Positions 27,059-37,014 of a stretch of DNA of 64,000 nt are shown here, one piece after another. The translations under genes were made by a program, and so were the position numbers. Within the stretch, counting starts at the first letter, position 1. Each line of letters begins with the position of its first letter. Source of the DNA: an uncultured Acidimicrobiales bacterium (GTDB lineage Bacteria > Actinomycetota > Acidimicrobiia > Acidimicrobiales > JANYDT01); the NCBI GenBank assembly GCA_963763885.1, contig CAVXQD010000007.1, positions 125,677 to 189,676 on the forward strand, read 5' to 3'. The notes under the pieces are model-generated. The model had not been told where the DNA came from. It was given only the letters and a program-made list of their open reading frames with translations, and made no database searches.

Positions 27059-27838
27059 ATGTCAGACCAACCGCCAACCTTTCCCACGCCAAGCGGGGGC
27101 GACAATCCCTTGCCAGTACAGCTGCCATCCTGGCCGACCCCGGATCCGGGTGCATCGATCCCTTCCGGACGGCAAATGCCGCCAGTGCCACCGATGCCTT
27201 CCGGGCCACCGATGCCGACGATGCCGTCGTCGGTTCCGCCGATGCCCCCGATGCCGTCCATGCCGCCCATGCCAGCACCCGGGACGCCACCATCGATTGA
27301 GTGGTCAGCTCCAGGTATGCCTTTGCCTGCTGGCGGATACGGGGCGCCCGCTGCACCACAGGGCATACCGCTTGCTGATTCCTGGCTGCGTTTCGCTGCC
27401 CGGCTACTTGACCGCATCATCATGCTGCTCGTGTTGTGTATCCCGACGATTGGCATCTCAGGCACCACCTCGTTCGTTCGGTCGAACGATGCGTTCGGCG
27501 GTGCCGGTATCGCGTTGGGCCAACAGGTCGCCATATCCCTCATCTCTGGCGGGTTCGTGCTGCTATACGACGGAGTTGCTACTGGCCTCATGGGCGGTAC
27601 ACTGATGAAACGCGCCTTCGGTATGAGGGTGGTGAACCAGTCCGATGGTCTTCCCGTGAGCATGACGACCGCGCTGATTCGGGCGTTGCCCAGGGCAATT
27701 TGCCACGCAATTCCGGTCGTCGGAATGTTCGTCGGCTGGATCATGGGGATCGTCTCGCTGATCTTCTTGTTCTCCGACAAGTTGCGTCAGACCGTGTCAG
27801 ACAAGGTCGCAAAGACGGTCGTGATCAAGGCCAACTGA
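27059..27838 (+). CDS. RDD-family membrane protein with Pro/Met-rich N-terminus
   Basis: LADSWLRFAARLLD, GGTLMKRAFGMRVV, QTVSDKVAKTVV. Confidence 0.85.
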   Translation: MSDQPPTFPTPSGGDNPLPVQLPSWPTPDPGASIPSGRQMPPVPPMPSGPPMPTMPSSVPPMPPMPSMPPMPAPGTPPSIEWSAPGMPLPAGGYGAPAAPQGIPLADSWLRFAARLLDRIIMLLVLCIPTIGISGTTSFVRSNDAFGGAGIALGQQVAISLISGGFVLLYDGVATGLMGGTLMKRAFGMRVVNQSDGLPVSMTTALIRALPRAICHAIPVVGMFVGWIMGIVSLIFLFSDKLRQTVSDKVAKTVVIKAN

Positions 27839-27882
27839 CCACCCTCGCGGAACCTGGCCATGCCAGTCTCTGATGCGTTTGC

Positions 27883-28320
27883 TCAGCGACCGGTATGGCC
27901 AAAGCCTCCGGCACCGCGTTCGGTGTCGTCGAGGCTGCTCACCACGTTCCAGCGAATGGCGTCGAGTTGGAAAACCAGTAGCTGCGCCACCCGGTCGCCC
28001 CTGGTCACCACAAACGATTCAACCGGATCGGTGTTGACCAGCGGAACCATGATCTCGCCGCGGTAGCCAGCATCGACAAGCCCCGGCGCGTTTGCGACGA
28101 ACACCCCGTTGCGAGCAGCAAGCCCCGAGCGAGACAGCACCAACGCACACCATCCCTCGGGAAGCGCAATGGCGATCCCGCTACCAACAAGCAGCCGCCC
28201 TCCCCCTGGCGAGACAACACCATCGGCACGTGCCAGCAGATCGACCGCACCATCACCTGGCCGCGCATACGACGGAAGCGCCAGCTCCGCGTCCAACTGA
28301 ACAATGTTGATCAGCGGCAT
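27883..28320 (-). CDS. dut: dUTP diphosphatase
   Basis: GDGAVDL, SRSGLA, PGLVDAGYRGEI, GDRVAQL, RGAGGFGHTG. Confidence 0.95.
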   Translation of the reverse strand: MPLINIVQLDAELALPSYARPGDGAVDLLARADGVVSPGGGRLLVGSGIAIALPEGWCALVLSRSGLAARNGVFVANAPGLVDAGYRGEIMVPLVNTDPVESFVVTRGDRVAQLLVFQLDAIRWNVVSSLDDTERGAGGFGHTGR

Positions 28321-28327
28321 GACGGGA

Positions 28328-28870
28328 CTAGGGACGAAAGACCGAGCCACGGTAGTACTGCAACTCGCTGACGGACTCTTTGATGTCGTCCATCGCTCGG
28401 TGCCCACCGGCTTTGCGCGGCGCGTTCTTGACTGCGTCGGGGTACCAGCGCCGGGCCAGTTCTTTCACCGTTGAAACATCGACCGAGCGGTAGTGCAGGT
28501 ATTCGTCGATCTCTGGCATGTGCTTGGCCAGGAACCGCCGGTCCGTGCCGATGGAATTGCCACACAACGGCATGGTGCGAGCCTCGCCGCAGTACTCCTG
28601 CAAAAACGCAAGCGTGGCGTCACGGGCCTGGTCGTGGGTGGTGGTTGTGGTGCGGATGGCATCAAGCAGGCCCGAGCGGGTGTGCATGGCAACCACAACT
28701 TCGTCCATCCCCTCCAACGCCAACTCAGGCGTGGCGATGATGAGATTTGGACCCTCCGCCACGATGGTGAGGTCGTCGTCGGTGATCAGCGTTGCGATTT
28801 CAACAATCACATGCCGATCTGGATCGAGGCCGGTCATTTCAAGGTCCATCCAGGCAAGCACGACCGTCAC
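28328..28870 (-). CDS. orn: Oligoribonuclease
   Basis: WMDLEMTGLD, MHTRSGL, LCGNSIGTDRRFL, LHYRSVDVST, HRAMDDIKES. Confidence 0.95.
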   Translation of the reverse strand: MTVVLAWMDLEMTGLDPDRHVIVEIATLITDDDLTIVAEGPNLIIATPELALEGMDEVVVAMHTRSGLLDAIRTTTTTHDQARDATLAFLQEYCGEARTMPLCGNSIGTDRRFLAKHMPEIDEYLHYRSVDVSTVKELARRWYPDAVKNAPRKAGGHRAMDDIKESVSELQYYRGSVFRP

Positions 28871-29039
28871 ACTACCGCCCGCGCCCTCGCCGGCCCTATG
28901 GGTTCTATCGGACTCACTCCGTTCGCCGCTCGGCCGCGCCCGAGGAGTGAACGGACTGGCGGGCCTACGCCGCGTGCCAAGATCGATCCCCCCTCGGCTG
29001 CACCCCTCGCTGCACCCTCGCTGAACCCGAAACCCTGAC

Positions 29040-30746
29040 ATGGCCCGCTCGATACGACTCCGACCCTGGCAGCGAGCCGCGCTGGACGCGCTGCACGCCC
29101 GGGTGGACGCCGGCGGTCCAGCCGCCAAAGATTTCCTTGCAGTTGCAACCCCCGGCGCAGGCAAAACAACGTTTGCCCTGGCAGCAGCCACCCTGTCCAT
29201 AGCGAAACACCCAGGGCGCCGCGTCATTGTGTGCGCTCCTACGGCGCACCTCAAGTTGCAGTGGGCACAGGCCGCCACCCGGTTTGGCCTGCACCTTGAC
29301 CCGTTCTGGGCGTCTGCCAGCGGACGCCTTCCGGCCGACATGCACGGCATTGTCACCACCTACCAGCAGGTGTCAACCTCGGCAGCGGCACTGCGACCGC
29401 TGACATCCGACGCGTTTGTGATCCTCGACGAAATTCACCACGCCGGCGACGATCGGGCCTGGGGCGATTCGGTCCGAGCAGCATTTGAGCCGGCTGCCCA
29501 GCGCCTGTCGTTGTCCGGCACGCCGTTCCGCAGCGACACGTCTTCCATCCCGTTCGTGACCTACAAGCTGGAGGAGGCAATCTCGGACTACGAGTACGGA
29601 TATGGCCACGCGCTGGCCGACGGCGGCGTGGTGCGGCCGGTCTACTTCCCTCGCATCAACGGGTTCATGGAATGGGTGGCCCCAGACGGCACGCTCAACG
29701 CTGCAAGCTTCGAAGACGCGCTGGACCGCCAAGGCAGCGCGCAACGCCTTCGCACCGCGCTGTCTCCCGAAGGCGAATGGATTGGGCCTGTGCTCGCGCA
29801 GGCCCACGAACAACTCTGTGCCATCCGCAAACGGCACCCAGAGGCCGGTGGCCTCATCATCGCAACGGACCAGGAACATGCCAACGCAATCGTGAAGGAA
29901 ATGCAGTGGCGTCTGCGCATCACGCCAACGCTTGCAGTGTCAGACGACCCACAGGCATCACAGAAGATCGCCGCGTTTGCTGCCTCTACAGACCCTTGGA
30001 TCGTCGCTGTACGTATGGTTTCCGAAGGTGTCGACATCCCTCGTCTTGCCATCGGCGTGTACGCCACAACAACCACAACCGAGCTGTTCTTCCGCCAGGC
30101 GGTTGGCCGCTTGGTGCGATGGACGGCTGCGTGGGGCAAACGGCAGAAGGCATATCTGTTCATCCCTGATGACCCGCGTTTGCGCGCCTGGGCTTTTCAG
30201 ATCGCCGACGCCAGACGCCACTCACTTCGCAAGCGCGCAGATGATGCGGGCGACGCGTTTGACGAGCGCCCCGATGCAGCTCAAGTTGCCGCAGAGCTGG
30301 ACAAGCAACTGGCCGAAGAGCAGTTGTCGCTCTTCTCCGCTTTGTCCGCCACCATCTTGGACGAGTCACACCTCGGAGTCTTTGACGACGACTACGACGA
30401 AGTAGGCAGAGCTGATCCCGCTGACGAAGACGGTGACCTCATCCCAGAACTGGACCCCCTGTCGCTCACGCTTGATGAAATCCTTCCTCCGCCAGGCGCC
30501 CTGAGTGGGACCGACGACGGACGTTCCAGGGCCGAGGTCAAAGAGGCCTTACGCCTTCGCAATGCCGAAGCCGCCAGAGAGCTGGTTCGGTTTACGGCGC
30601 AATCACATGCCCGCATCAACGCAGAACTCAACCGCCTCAGCGGGATGAAGTCCGTCGACGAAGCAACACTCGACCAGCTTGAACGGCGAGCAAACGCAGC
30701 CGACAAGTGGCTCACCAGCATGAAACGAATCGGACCTCGCCGGTAA
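29040..30746 (+). CDS. SF2 DEAD/DEAH-box helicase (Rv2917-like)
   Basis: ATPGAGKT, LDEIHH, LSGTPFRSD, MVSEGVDIPRL, QAVGRLVR. Confidence 0.9.
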   Translation: MARSIRLRPWQRAALDALHARVDAGGPAAKDFLAVATPGAGKTTFALAAATLSIAKHPGRRVIVCAPTAHLKLQWAQAATRFGLHLDPFWASASGRLPADMHGIVTTYQQVSTSAAALRPLTSDAFVILDEIHHAGDDRAWGDSVRAAFEPAAQRLSLSGTPFRSDTSSIPFVTYKLEEAISDYEYGYGHALADGGVVRPVYFPRINGFMEWVAPDGTLNAASFEDALDRQGSAQRLRTALSPEGEWIGPVLAQAHEQLCAIRKRHPEAGGLIIATDQEHANAIVKEMQWRLRITPTLAVSDDPQASQKIAAFAASTDPWIVAVRMVSEGVDIPRLAIGVYATTTTTELFFRQAVGRLVRWTAAWGKRQKAYLFIPDDPRLRAWAFQIADARRHSLRKRADDAGDAFDERPDAAQVAAELDKQLAEEQLSLFSALSATILDESHLGVFDDDYDEVGRADPADEDGDLIPELDPLSLTLDEILPPPGALSGTDDGRSRAEVKEALRLRNAEAARELVRFTAQSHARINAELNRLSGMKSVDEATLDQLERRANAADKWLTSMKRIGPRR

Positions 30747-30847
30747 GCGTCGAGAATCCGGACCTGCAACAGAGTCCAGAGTCTCGATCATGCAATGCAA
30801 CGAAACCGTATGAAAAGAGTTGCCAGTCCGCCGAACCTTGCGTAACA

Positions 30848-33800
30848 ATGCATTCCATGCACTATGACGCAGGGACTTCGAACGCGGCGGCGGCAGCGAG
30901 CCCATGGACGGTCGAAGTAGCGCATGGTCCCGATGCGGGCCGTCACTGGGTGTTACCTGTTGGCCGGGCGCTCACCATCGGCCGAGCAGACATCGCAGAC
31001 CCAACCATTTCCACGCAACACCTCGTGGTGGGCGAGCAGTGGCAGGACACCGAAGCGGGGACCGGGCCGCTGGTGCGCAATCTCAGCCAAACCAACCCTG
31101 CAACCTGGCTGGCTGCTCCAGGATCGATTCCCGTCCAACTCCCCCACCAGGGCACCTGGGCCAGCCCAACGCCAACCAGGGTCTGCATCGGAGCTTCAGT
31201 GGTGCTGTTGACCCCCGTCGCACACGGCACGGTTTCCGCTGAAACCGCACGACGCAGCTCGGGCAGCACCAAACAAGTCCGGGTTGACCGGCCGCCATTG
31301 ATTGCCCCGGCTCCGGTTTGGCAGCCCGTCGATGTTCCAACCGTCGCCGCCGCTCGCCAGGTCCCTCGCTTGAGTATTGCGGGGTTGGTTCTACCCGTTG
31401 TGACCGGGGCCGTGCTTGCGCTGCTGATCAACCCGATGCTTGCAGTGATGGCAGCAATGTCTCCCGTGCTGATGTTGGGTTCTTGGTTAGAAGAGCGGCG
31501 CCGCGTCCGGCGAGACCGGGCAAAGGGTTTACGAAGCACCGCAGAGCAGTTGGCATTCTTCGAGCAATCCCTGTTGCAGACAATCGATACGTGTACAGAT
31601 GACCTGTTCAGCAGAAATCCAAGCAACGCTGAACTGTGCAGGTTCGCGGACGTCGCAGACTTCCGGCTGTGGGAGCGTCGGCTTGACCACCCTGACGCCG
31701 GATTAGTCACGATAGGTCTTGGAACCCTCGCTGCCCCGCATCGGCTCAACCGAGTTGCCGGAACGCAATGTCACAGCATTGCCGAGGCAACAGCTGACCG
31801 GCTTCGATTCATCGACCAGGTTCCCGTAGTGGTGTCGTTGTCACCGGAGCGAATTGTGGGCGTGATTGGAGATCGTGCTGAGGCGGCAGCTCTGGTGCGT
31901 TCGATGGTTGCGCAGCTCAGTGTGATGCACGGACCAGCAGACCTGCGGCTGGCCTTCATTGCTGATCCCGCCGCCACGCACGATTGGGAGTGGGCGGCCA
32001 CGCTCCCGCATACCAGCACCGGTTGTGACCCGCTGATGAGTTGCGGCCCAGACACCATCCGCTCGGTCCTGGAGGACTTGGAGCGGAGCCCGATGTGGAC
32101 CGTACTCACTGTCGATGCATCCTCGCTGCGAGACCACCCATCGCTGCGGTGCATGGTGGGGGCGCTTCCGAAGTGGCTGACCGTTGTGGTGATTGCCGAG
32201 CGCATTGACCAGATTCCGCAACGGGCAACTGCCACGATCATCGTCAGGGACGCATTGGCTGAGCTGATGCAAAATCCACCGACCGCGCACCACGCGCCTG
32301 GAACACCGGTTGTGGTCTCAGGACTTGGCGTGGCTCGTGCTCGCCGAATTGCAGAGGCACTATCCACCTGCCAGGACGGCGCCCTGCTTGATGACGGCTC
32401 AGCTCTCGCCCCGCTGGTGCGGCTTGGCGATTTACTTGGCGCATCGAGCCGGGACGAACGGGAGAACACATGGGCTGCACACTTACAATCCAGCTGGGAC
32501 CCTGCACGACACGTTCGGATGAACCGGCTGGTAGCAACCATCGGGTTGGCGGGAACCGACCCCGTCACCGTCGATCTTGTTTCGGACGGTCCTCATGCGC
32601 TCATCGCTGGCACTACAGGATCTGGCAAAAGCGAGCTGTTACGCACGCTTGTCTGCTCGCTCGCCGCCGGGTACAGCCCGCAACAGCTCACGTTTGTGCT
32701 GATCGACTACAAAGGCGGCGCAGCCTTCACCGGCCTCGATGCACTGCCTCACACCGTTGGGTTTGTCACCGACCTAGATGACGGACTGGGTTCACGCGCA
32801 TTGACGTGCTTGGAAGCCGAACTACGCCATCGCGAGCTGATGCTCAGCTCTGCGGGCTGCGACGACATCACCACATACCCACACGCGGCGCCAGACGTGC
32901 CGGCGATGCCGCGCCTGGTTGTGATGATCGACGAATTCGCCACCATGCTCGCTGAACTTCCAGACTTCATAAGCGCGCTGATAGGCATTGCGCAACGCGG
33001 CCGCAGCCTCGGAGTACATCTCATCCTTGCCACACAACGTCCCGCAGGTGCCGTCAACGACTCCATCCGTGCGAACACCAACCTCCGCATGTGCCTGCGA
33101 GTGCAGACTGCAGCGGACTCCTCTGATGTCATCGGCTCGCCACGTGCAGCCATGCTGGACAGACGATTCCCTGGGCGGGCCGTGCTGCGGACCGGACCAG
33201 ACGAGTTCATCGCAATGCAGACGGCCTCCTGCACGGTGCGACAGGCTGTGCGACCTGTTTCGCCACGGCTCGGTTGCCCAGATTTCAGCGCTCCGTCGCC
33301 GGCCGGGTTTCGCCGATCGGTTGTTGTCGAAGGCGAAACCGATAAGCAAACGGAGGCCACCCCCACCGGAAGCAATGACCTGGAAGTAGTGGTGAAAGCT
33401 GCACAGAGCATGGCTGCCCAGATGGGGATTGCCCCGCCTCGGCGTCCGTGGCCAGAACCCTTGCCTGACAACTTGTCGTTATTGGCTCCAGGTTCTCCTG
33501 CGATACAACTTGGTCTCATCGATCTGCCGGAGCTGCAGCGCACAGACGGCCTGTCATCCGCCACCTTCAGGGCGAACACGGTGCTGTTCGGCGCCGCAGG
33601 CTCAGGTGTCTCCACGGCGTTGGCTGCGGTGGCCGCAGCGCTGATGCAGGAGTGTGACCCCAACACAATGCACCTCTACCTCGTCGACCATGGCGCTGGG
33701 GTGTTTGCGGGTTTGGAGTCGTCGCCGCATGTCGGGGCACGAATCACGGCAACGGAGCCGGAGCGTTTAGATCGCCTCACCCGAGTCCTGGGCACTCTGA

Positions 33801-35131
33801 TCGAGACTCGTCGAGCCGACCGAGAGTCTCGCCCCGACGTTCAGCATCCACAGGTCATTGTGTTCGTTGACGACTGGGGTGCACTTCGCTCAGCATCAGA
33901 TGACATTCTCGGAACGGCACAAGAGCGTTGGTTCCGGATCTTCGCAGATGGGCCTTCCGTTGGAATCACCGCGGTGATCAGCGCCGACCGGGCACAGGCA
34001 CTCCCCGGCTCGGCACTGGCAGCCTTCGCACATCGGTTCGCTTTCCGCCTCAACGACCCGTTGGACGACGCGATGTTGGGAATCAGCCGCTCGGCTCCTC
34101 CGCGCAGTGTTTCCGGCAGGGCGATCGATCTGGGTTCGGGAGCAGCGGTGCAATTTGCGACGTGTGACCTACACCCCGCTATCCGCACAGAAAATTCCGA
34201 CCCAGTGAAGCAGCGCCTTGCGCCCGCCCGCATTGAACTCCTACCATCATCCCTAAGTGCACAGACAGTATGGGAACGTGCTGCCGATCAGTCAGGTCCA
34301 GTTGCTCGGCAGGCCTCCCCGGAACACCTGTCGCTTCCGATCGGAATCGGCGACACCGACCTTGCGCTGGTGGGATGGCGGTTGCAACAAGGAGAACACC
34401 TGCTGATCACCGGCCCCGGCAGGGCTGGCAAATCCAACATGTTGTCGCTCGTGGCGGCTGCAGCCAGGGCCGAACGTCCGCACATTCAGATCGTTGCTCT
34501 TGGCAGCAGTCGCTCCCCCATCGGCGCCAACCTCACCGATCTCGGTATCGACCATACGCTCGCCTACGACCTAGCCGAAGCCGTCACGTACCGCTATGCG
34601 GACTTGGATGCCACCGATGCAAGTTGTGCGGTTGGACCCAGACCGTTCCTGTTGCTGGTTGACGACGCTGAGCTCATCGATGATCAAACGGGTGAGATGG
34701 CAAAGTTCATTGCAGGACGAGGCCAGAACGTGTGGATTGTCGCAACAGGCCGGGCGGACTCCCTACGCAACGCTTACGGACATTGGACAGTTCCGCTTCG
34801 CCGTTCACGAAAGGGCCTTGCGCTGCGGCCGCACGTGGAGATGGACGGCGAACTGTGGGCAACGCCGCTCCCGCGCAACCATGTGCGTGGCGGCGGCCGT
34901 GTCATGCCCGTTGGGCGTGGGTACTTGCTGGACGATGGCCATGCGGAACTCGTACAGACGGGACACGTCGATCTTGCGCAATGGACACAGCTTTCGCACG
35001 TCGAACCAGCAACAGGCCCTCTGCCAGACCCGCATCCGGAGCAAATGCTCTTCGATGGCGCAAAACAGTTGCGCTTTTCACCAATCGAGTGTGGAAGGCC
35101 CGCCACTGGTAGCAGGAGAATTGCATCATGA
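30848..35131 (+). CDS. FHA-TM-triple FtsK/SpoIIIE ATPase (EssC/EccC-like architecture)
   Basis: FHA-like TIGR...IST.H, two hydrophobic helices, D1 GTTGSGKS/VMIDEF, D2 GAAGSGVS/VFVDD, D3 GPGRAGKS/LLVDD. Start position uncertain. Confidence 0.85.
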   Translation: MHSMHYDAGTSNAAAAASPWTVEVAHGPDAGRHWVLPVGRALTIGRADIADPTISTQHLVVGEQWQDTEAGTGPLVRNLSQTNPATWLAAPGSIPVQLPHQGTWASPTPTRVCIGASVVLLTPVAHGTVSAETARRSSGSTKQVRVDRPPLIAPAPVWQPVDVPTVAAARQVPRLSIAGLVLPVVTGAVLALLINPMLAVMAAMSPVLMLGSWLEERRRVRRDRAKGLRSTAEQLAFFEQSLLQTIDTCTDDLFSRNPSNAELCRFADVADFRLWERRLDHPDAGLVTIGLGTLAAPHRLNRVAGTQCHSIAEATADRLRFIDQVPVVVSLSPERIVGVIGDRAEAAALVRSMVAQLSVMHGPADLRLAFIADPAATHDWEWAATLPHTSTGCDPLMSCGPDTIRSVLEDLERSPMWTVLTVDASSLRDHPSLRCMVGALPKWLTVVVIAERIDQIPQRATATIIVRDALAELMQNPPTAHHAPGTPVVVSGLGVARARRIAEALSTCQDGALLDDGSALAPLVRLGDLLGASSRDERENTWAAHLQSSWDPARHVRMNRLVATIGLAGTDPVTVDLVSDGPHALIAGTTGSGKSELLRTLVCSLAAGYSPQQLTFVLIDYKGGAAFTGLDALPHTVGFVTDLDDGLGSRALTCLEAELRHRELMLSSAGCDDITTYPHAAPDVPAMPRLVVMIDEFATMLAELPDFISALIGIAQRGRSLGVHLILATQRPAGAVNDSIRANTNLRMCLRVQTAADSSDVIGSPRAAMLDRRFPGRAVLRTGPDEFIAMQTASCTVRQAVRPVSPRLGCPDFSAPSPAGFRRSVVVEGETDKQTEATPTGSNDLEVVVKAAQSMAAQMGIAPPRRPWPEPLPDNLSLLAPGSPAIQLGLIDLPELQRTDGLSSATFRANTVLFGAAGSGVSTALAAVAAALMQECDPNTMHLYLVDHGAGVFAGLESSPHVGARITATEPERLDRLTRVLGTLIETRRADRESRPDVQHPQVIVFVDDWGALRSASDDILGTAQERWFRIFADGPSVGITAVISADRAQALPGSALAAFAHRFAFRLNDPLDDAMLGISRSAPPRSVSGRAIDLGSGAAVQFATCDLHPAIRTENSDPVKQRLAPARIELLPSSLSAQTVWERAADQSGPVARQASPEHLSLPIGIGDTDLALVGWRLQQGEHLLITGPGRAGKSNMLSLVAAAARAERPHIQIVALGSSRSPIGANLTDLGIDHTLAYDLAEAVTYRYADLDATDASCAVGPRPFLLLVDDAELIDDQTGEMAKFIAGRGQNVWIVATGRADSLRNAYGHWTVPLRRSRKGLALRPHVEMDGELWATPLPRNHVRGGGRVMPVGRGYLLDDGHAELVQTGHVDLAQWTQLSHVEPATGPLPDPHPEQMLFDGAKQLRFSPIECGRPATGSRRIAS

Positions 35132-36672
35132 CTGAGCCCAGCGCAGGAACGCTGATCGGGCAATACGAGATTGTTTCGCTCATCGGACACGGCTCAACGG
35201 GCAGCGTGTTTCGTGCGGTCGATACCAACACCGGACGTACGGTTGCGGTCAAGCGCATCACAACGTTGCCAACCGATGCTCAGCGCGCAGCATTTCATCG
35301 CGAGGCACGGACGCTTGCGGGCCTGGAGCATCCGGCAATCCTGCGCCTTGTGGAACTGATCGACACCAACGATCACTTGGCGTTGGTCACGGAGTACGCC
35401 AGCGGCGGGTCGTTGCGAGATGTTCTGCGAACCCAAGGTCCGTTCGAGGCACCGCACGTATTGACTCTCCTTGCACCGGTGGCGTCGGCGCTGGCGGCTG
35501 CGCACCGCGACGGTGTGGTGCACCGTGACGTGAAGCCTTCCAACATTGTGGTTCGCGGAGACGGCACAACGGTCCTTGCCGACTTTGGGTTAGCCCTCAC
35601 AGACCCGGGCGTGTCGCAGACGAGCAGCGCAGCGCTTGGTTCTGCGTCGTATCTGGACCCAGAAGTTGCCGACGGAACACTCCCCTCGCCCGCATCGGAT
35701 TTGTACTCGCTTGGTGTTGTCGCGTACGAACTGCTGACGGGCAAGACCCCGTTTGCCGGCGACACGCCGCTCGCTGTTCTGCGTGCTGCAGATCGAGGCG
35801 AGTATCAGCCGCTTAACGCGTCAATGCACGGGACATTCGCCGCAGCTGTGGAACGCTCGATTGCACGCAACCCGGCCGACCGATATCCAGATGCCGACGC
35901 GCTGCTGAGTGCGTGGACCGCAGCAGTCATCGCCCCTGACGGAGATTCTTTGACAGGTAACGATTCCAACGAGCTGGCGACGCCTGACCAGGCTGTTGAG
36001 ATCGACAATCCAGTCGATCAGACCAGCGCGTTTCGTGTTCCCGTTCGACCACGGGCATTAGAGGCTGCAGAGCCTGTCGGTGGGGCGCACAACTGGCGTC
36101 GGACCGCCGGTGCAGCCGCAGCGCTGATGGTGCTTGGGTCCGTTGGCGCAACCATTGCTGCAGTCCGTTCGTCAAATCGAACCACAACAGCATCTGGCGT
36201 GGTCCCGTTCCGGGTGAGCTGCGATTCGCAAACAACTGCTCAGTGTGTGGGCACCATCACCCGCACACCCGAGGGCATCCTGGTGAGGTTTGCCGACGAC
36301 GACGGGCCAACTCATTTCACCGTCGGACGGCGGACCGATGCGTTACGCGTCAGTAACTTCTTCTGCGGTTCAGGGGAGACCCTTGCGGTCTACCGGCCAA
36401 CCAACGGCGTCATCTACTACTTCAAGGATTGGCCGCTCCCTGGCCAGCAGAGCGATGTGCGTGCTGATGCAACCGGGGTCATCGATGCGCAGGTTGTTGT
36501 TGGTGATCACAACCAGGATGGGTGCGGCGACATCGGCCTTGAAGTCGGACCAAACCGCACGTGGTTCCTTCCGAACGCGCAGCCCGAGCGCCTGCAAGAG
36601 ATCGACCGCACCGAGTTCAGCGCAACCGGTGAAGCCGTCACGCAAACCGCCAAGACGAAAAGCGGCGCCTGA
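35128..36672 (+). CDS. Hanks-type Ser/Thr protein kinase with a TM helix and an extracellular domain
   Basis: IGHGSTGSVF, VAVK, HRDVKPSN, DFG, YLDPE, SDLYSLG; ATGA overlap with the FtsK gene; extracellular GDHNQDGCGD. Confidence 0.92.
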   Translation: MTEPSAGTLIGQYEIVSLIGHGSTGSVFRAVDTNTGRTVAVKRITTLPTDAQRAAFHREARTLAGLEHPAILRLVELIDTNDHLALVTEYASGGSLRDVLRTQGPFEAPHVLTLLAPVASALAAAHRDGVVHRDVKPSNIVVRGDGTTVLADFGLALTDPGVSQTSSAALGSASYLDPEVADGTLPSPASDLYSLGVVAYELLTGKTPFAGDTPLAVLRAADRGEYQPLNASMHGTFAAAVERSIARNPADRYPDADALLSAWTAAVIAPDGDSLTGNDSNELATPDQAVEIDNPVDQTSAFRVPVRPRALEAAEPVGGAHNWRRTAGAAAALMVLGSVGATIAAVRSSNRTTTASGVVPFRVSCDSQTTAQCVGTITRTPEGILVRFADDDGPTHFTVGRRTDALRVSNFFCGSGETLAVYRPTNGVIYYFKDWPLPGQQSDVRADATGVIDAQVVVGDHNQDGCGDIGLEVGPNRTWFLPNAQPERLQEIDRTEFSATGEAVTQTAKTKSGA

Positions 36673-37014
36673 CCCGTCGACGTTTTGCTGTGTAAGGACG
36701 CCCACGTTTCTCCAACCTTGCTCCCACAGCAACCAACTCGGTCGAAAACGCGCTCGAAACCGAGTTCTGAAGCAACGATGGTTGCGGAGACCCCAACGTT
36801 GGGCGCGCAGACACCAACGTTGGTTCCGGGGTAACGAGTGTTCGACGGGATACTGGAAGTCGGTGGCCCGATCTCGGAAGTGTGGGCGTGTCCAGCATGG
36901 CTGGGCGTGTCCTGCAGGCTGCACAACACGCCCGGCCATGCAGGAGACAACCACAGTCACGGGCCACAGCGGGCCGGGCCACGCGCCCGACAGCGGCGCC
37001 TGACCTTGGTTGGG
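36673..37014. other. Multi-hairpin intergenic region between convergent genes
   Basis: AACTCGGT/ACCGAGTT stem, two CCAACGTTGG palindromes, 16-bp stem 36895-36910/36926-36941, outer CCCGTCGA/TCGACGGG. Confidence 0.5.
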
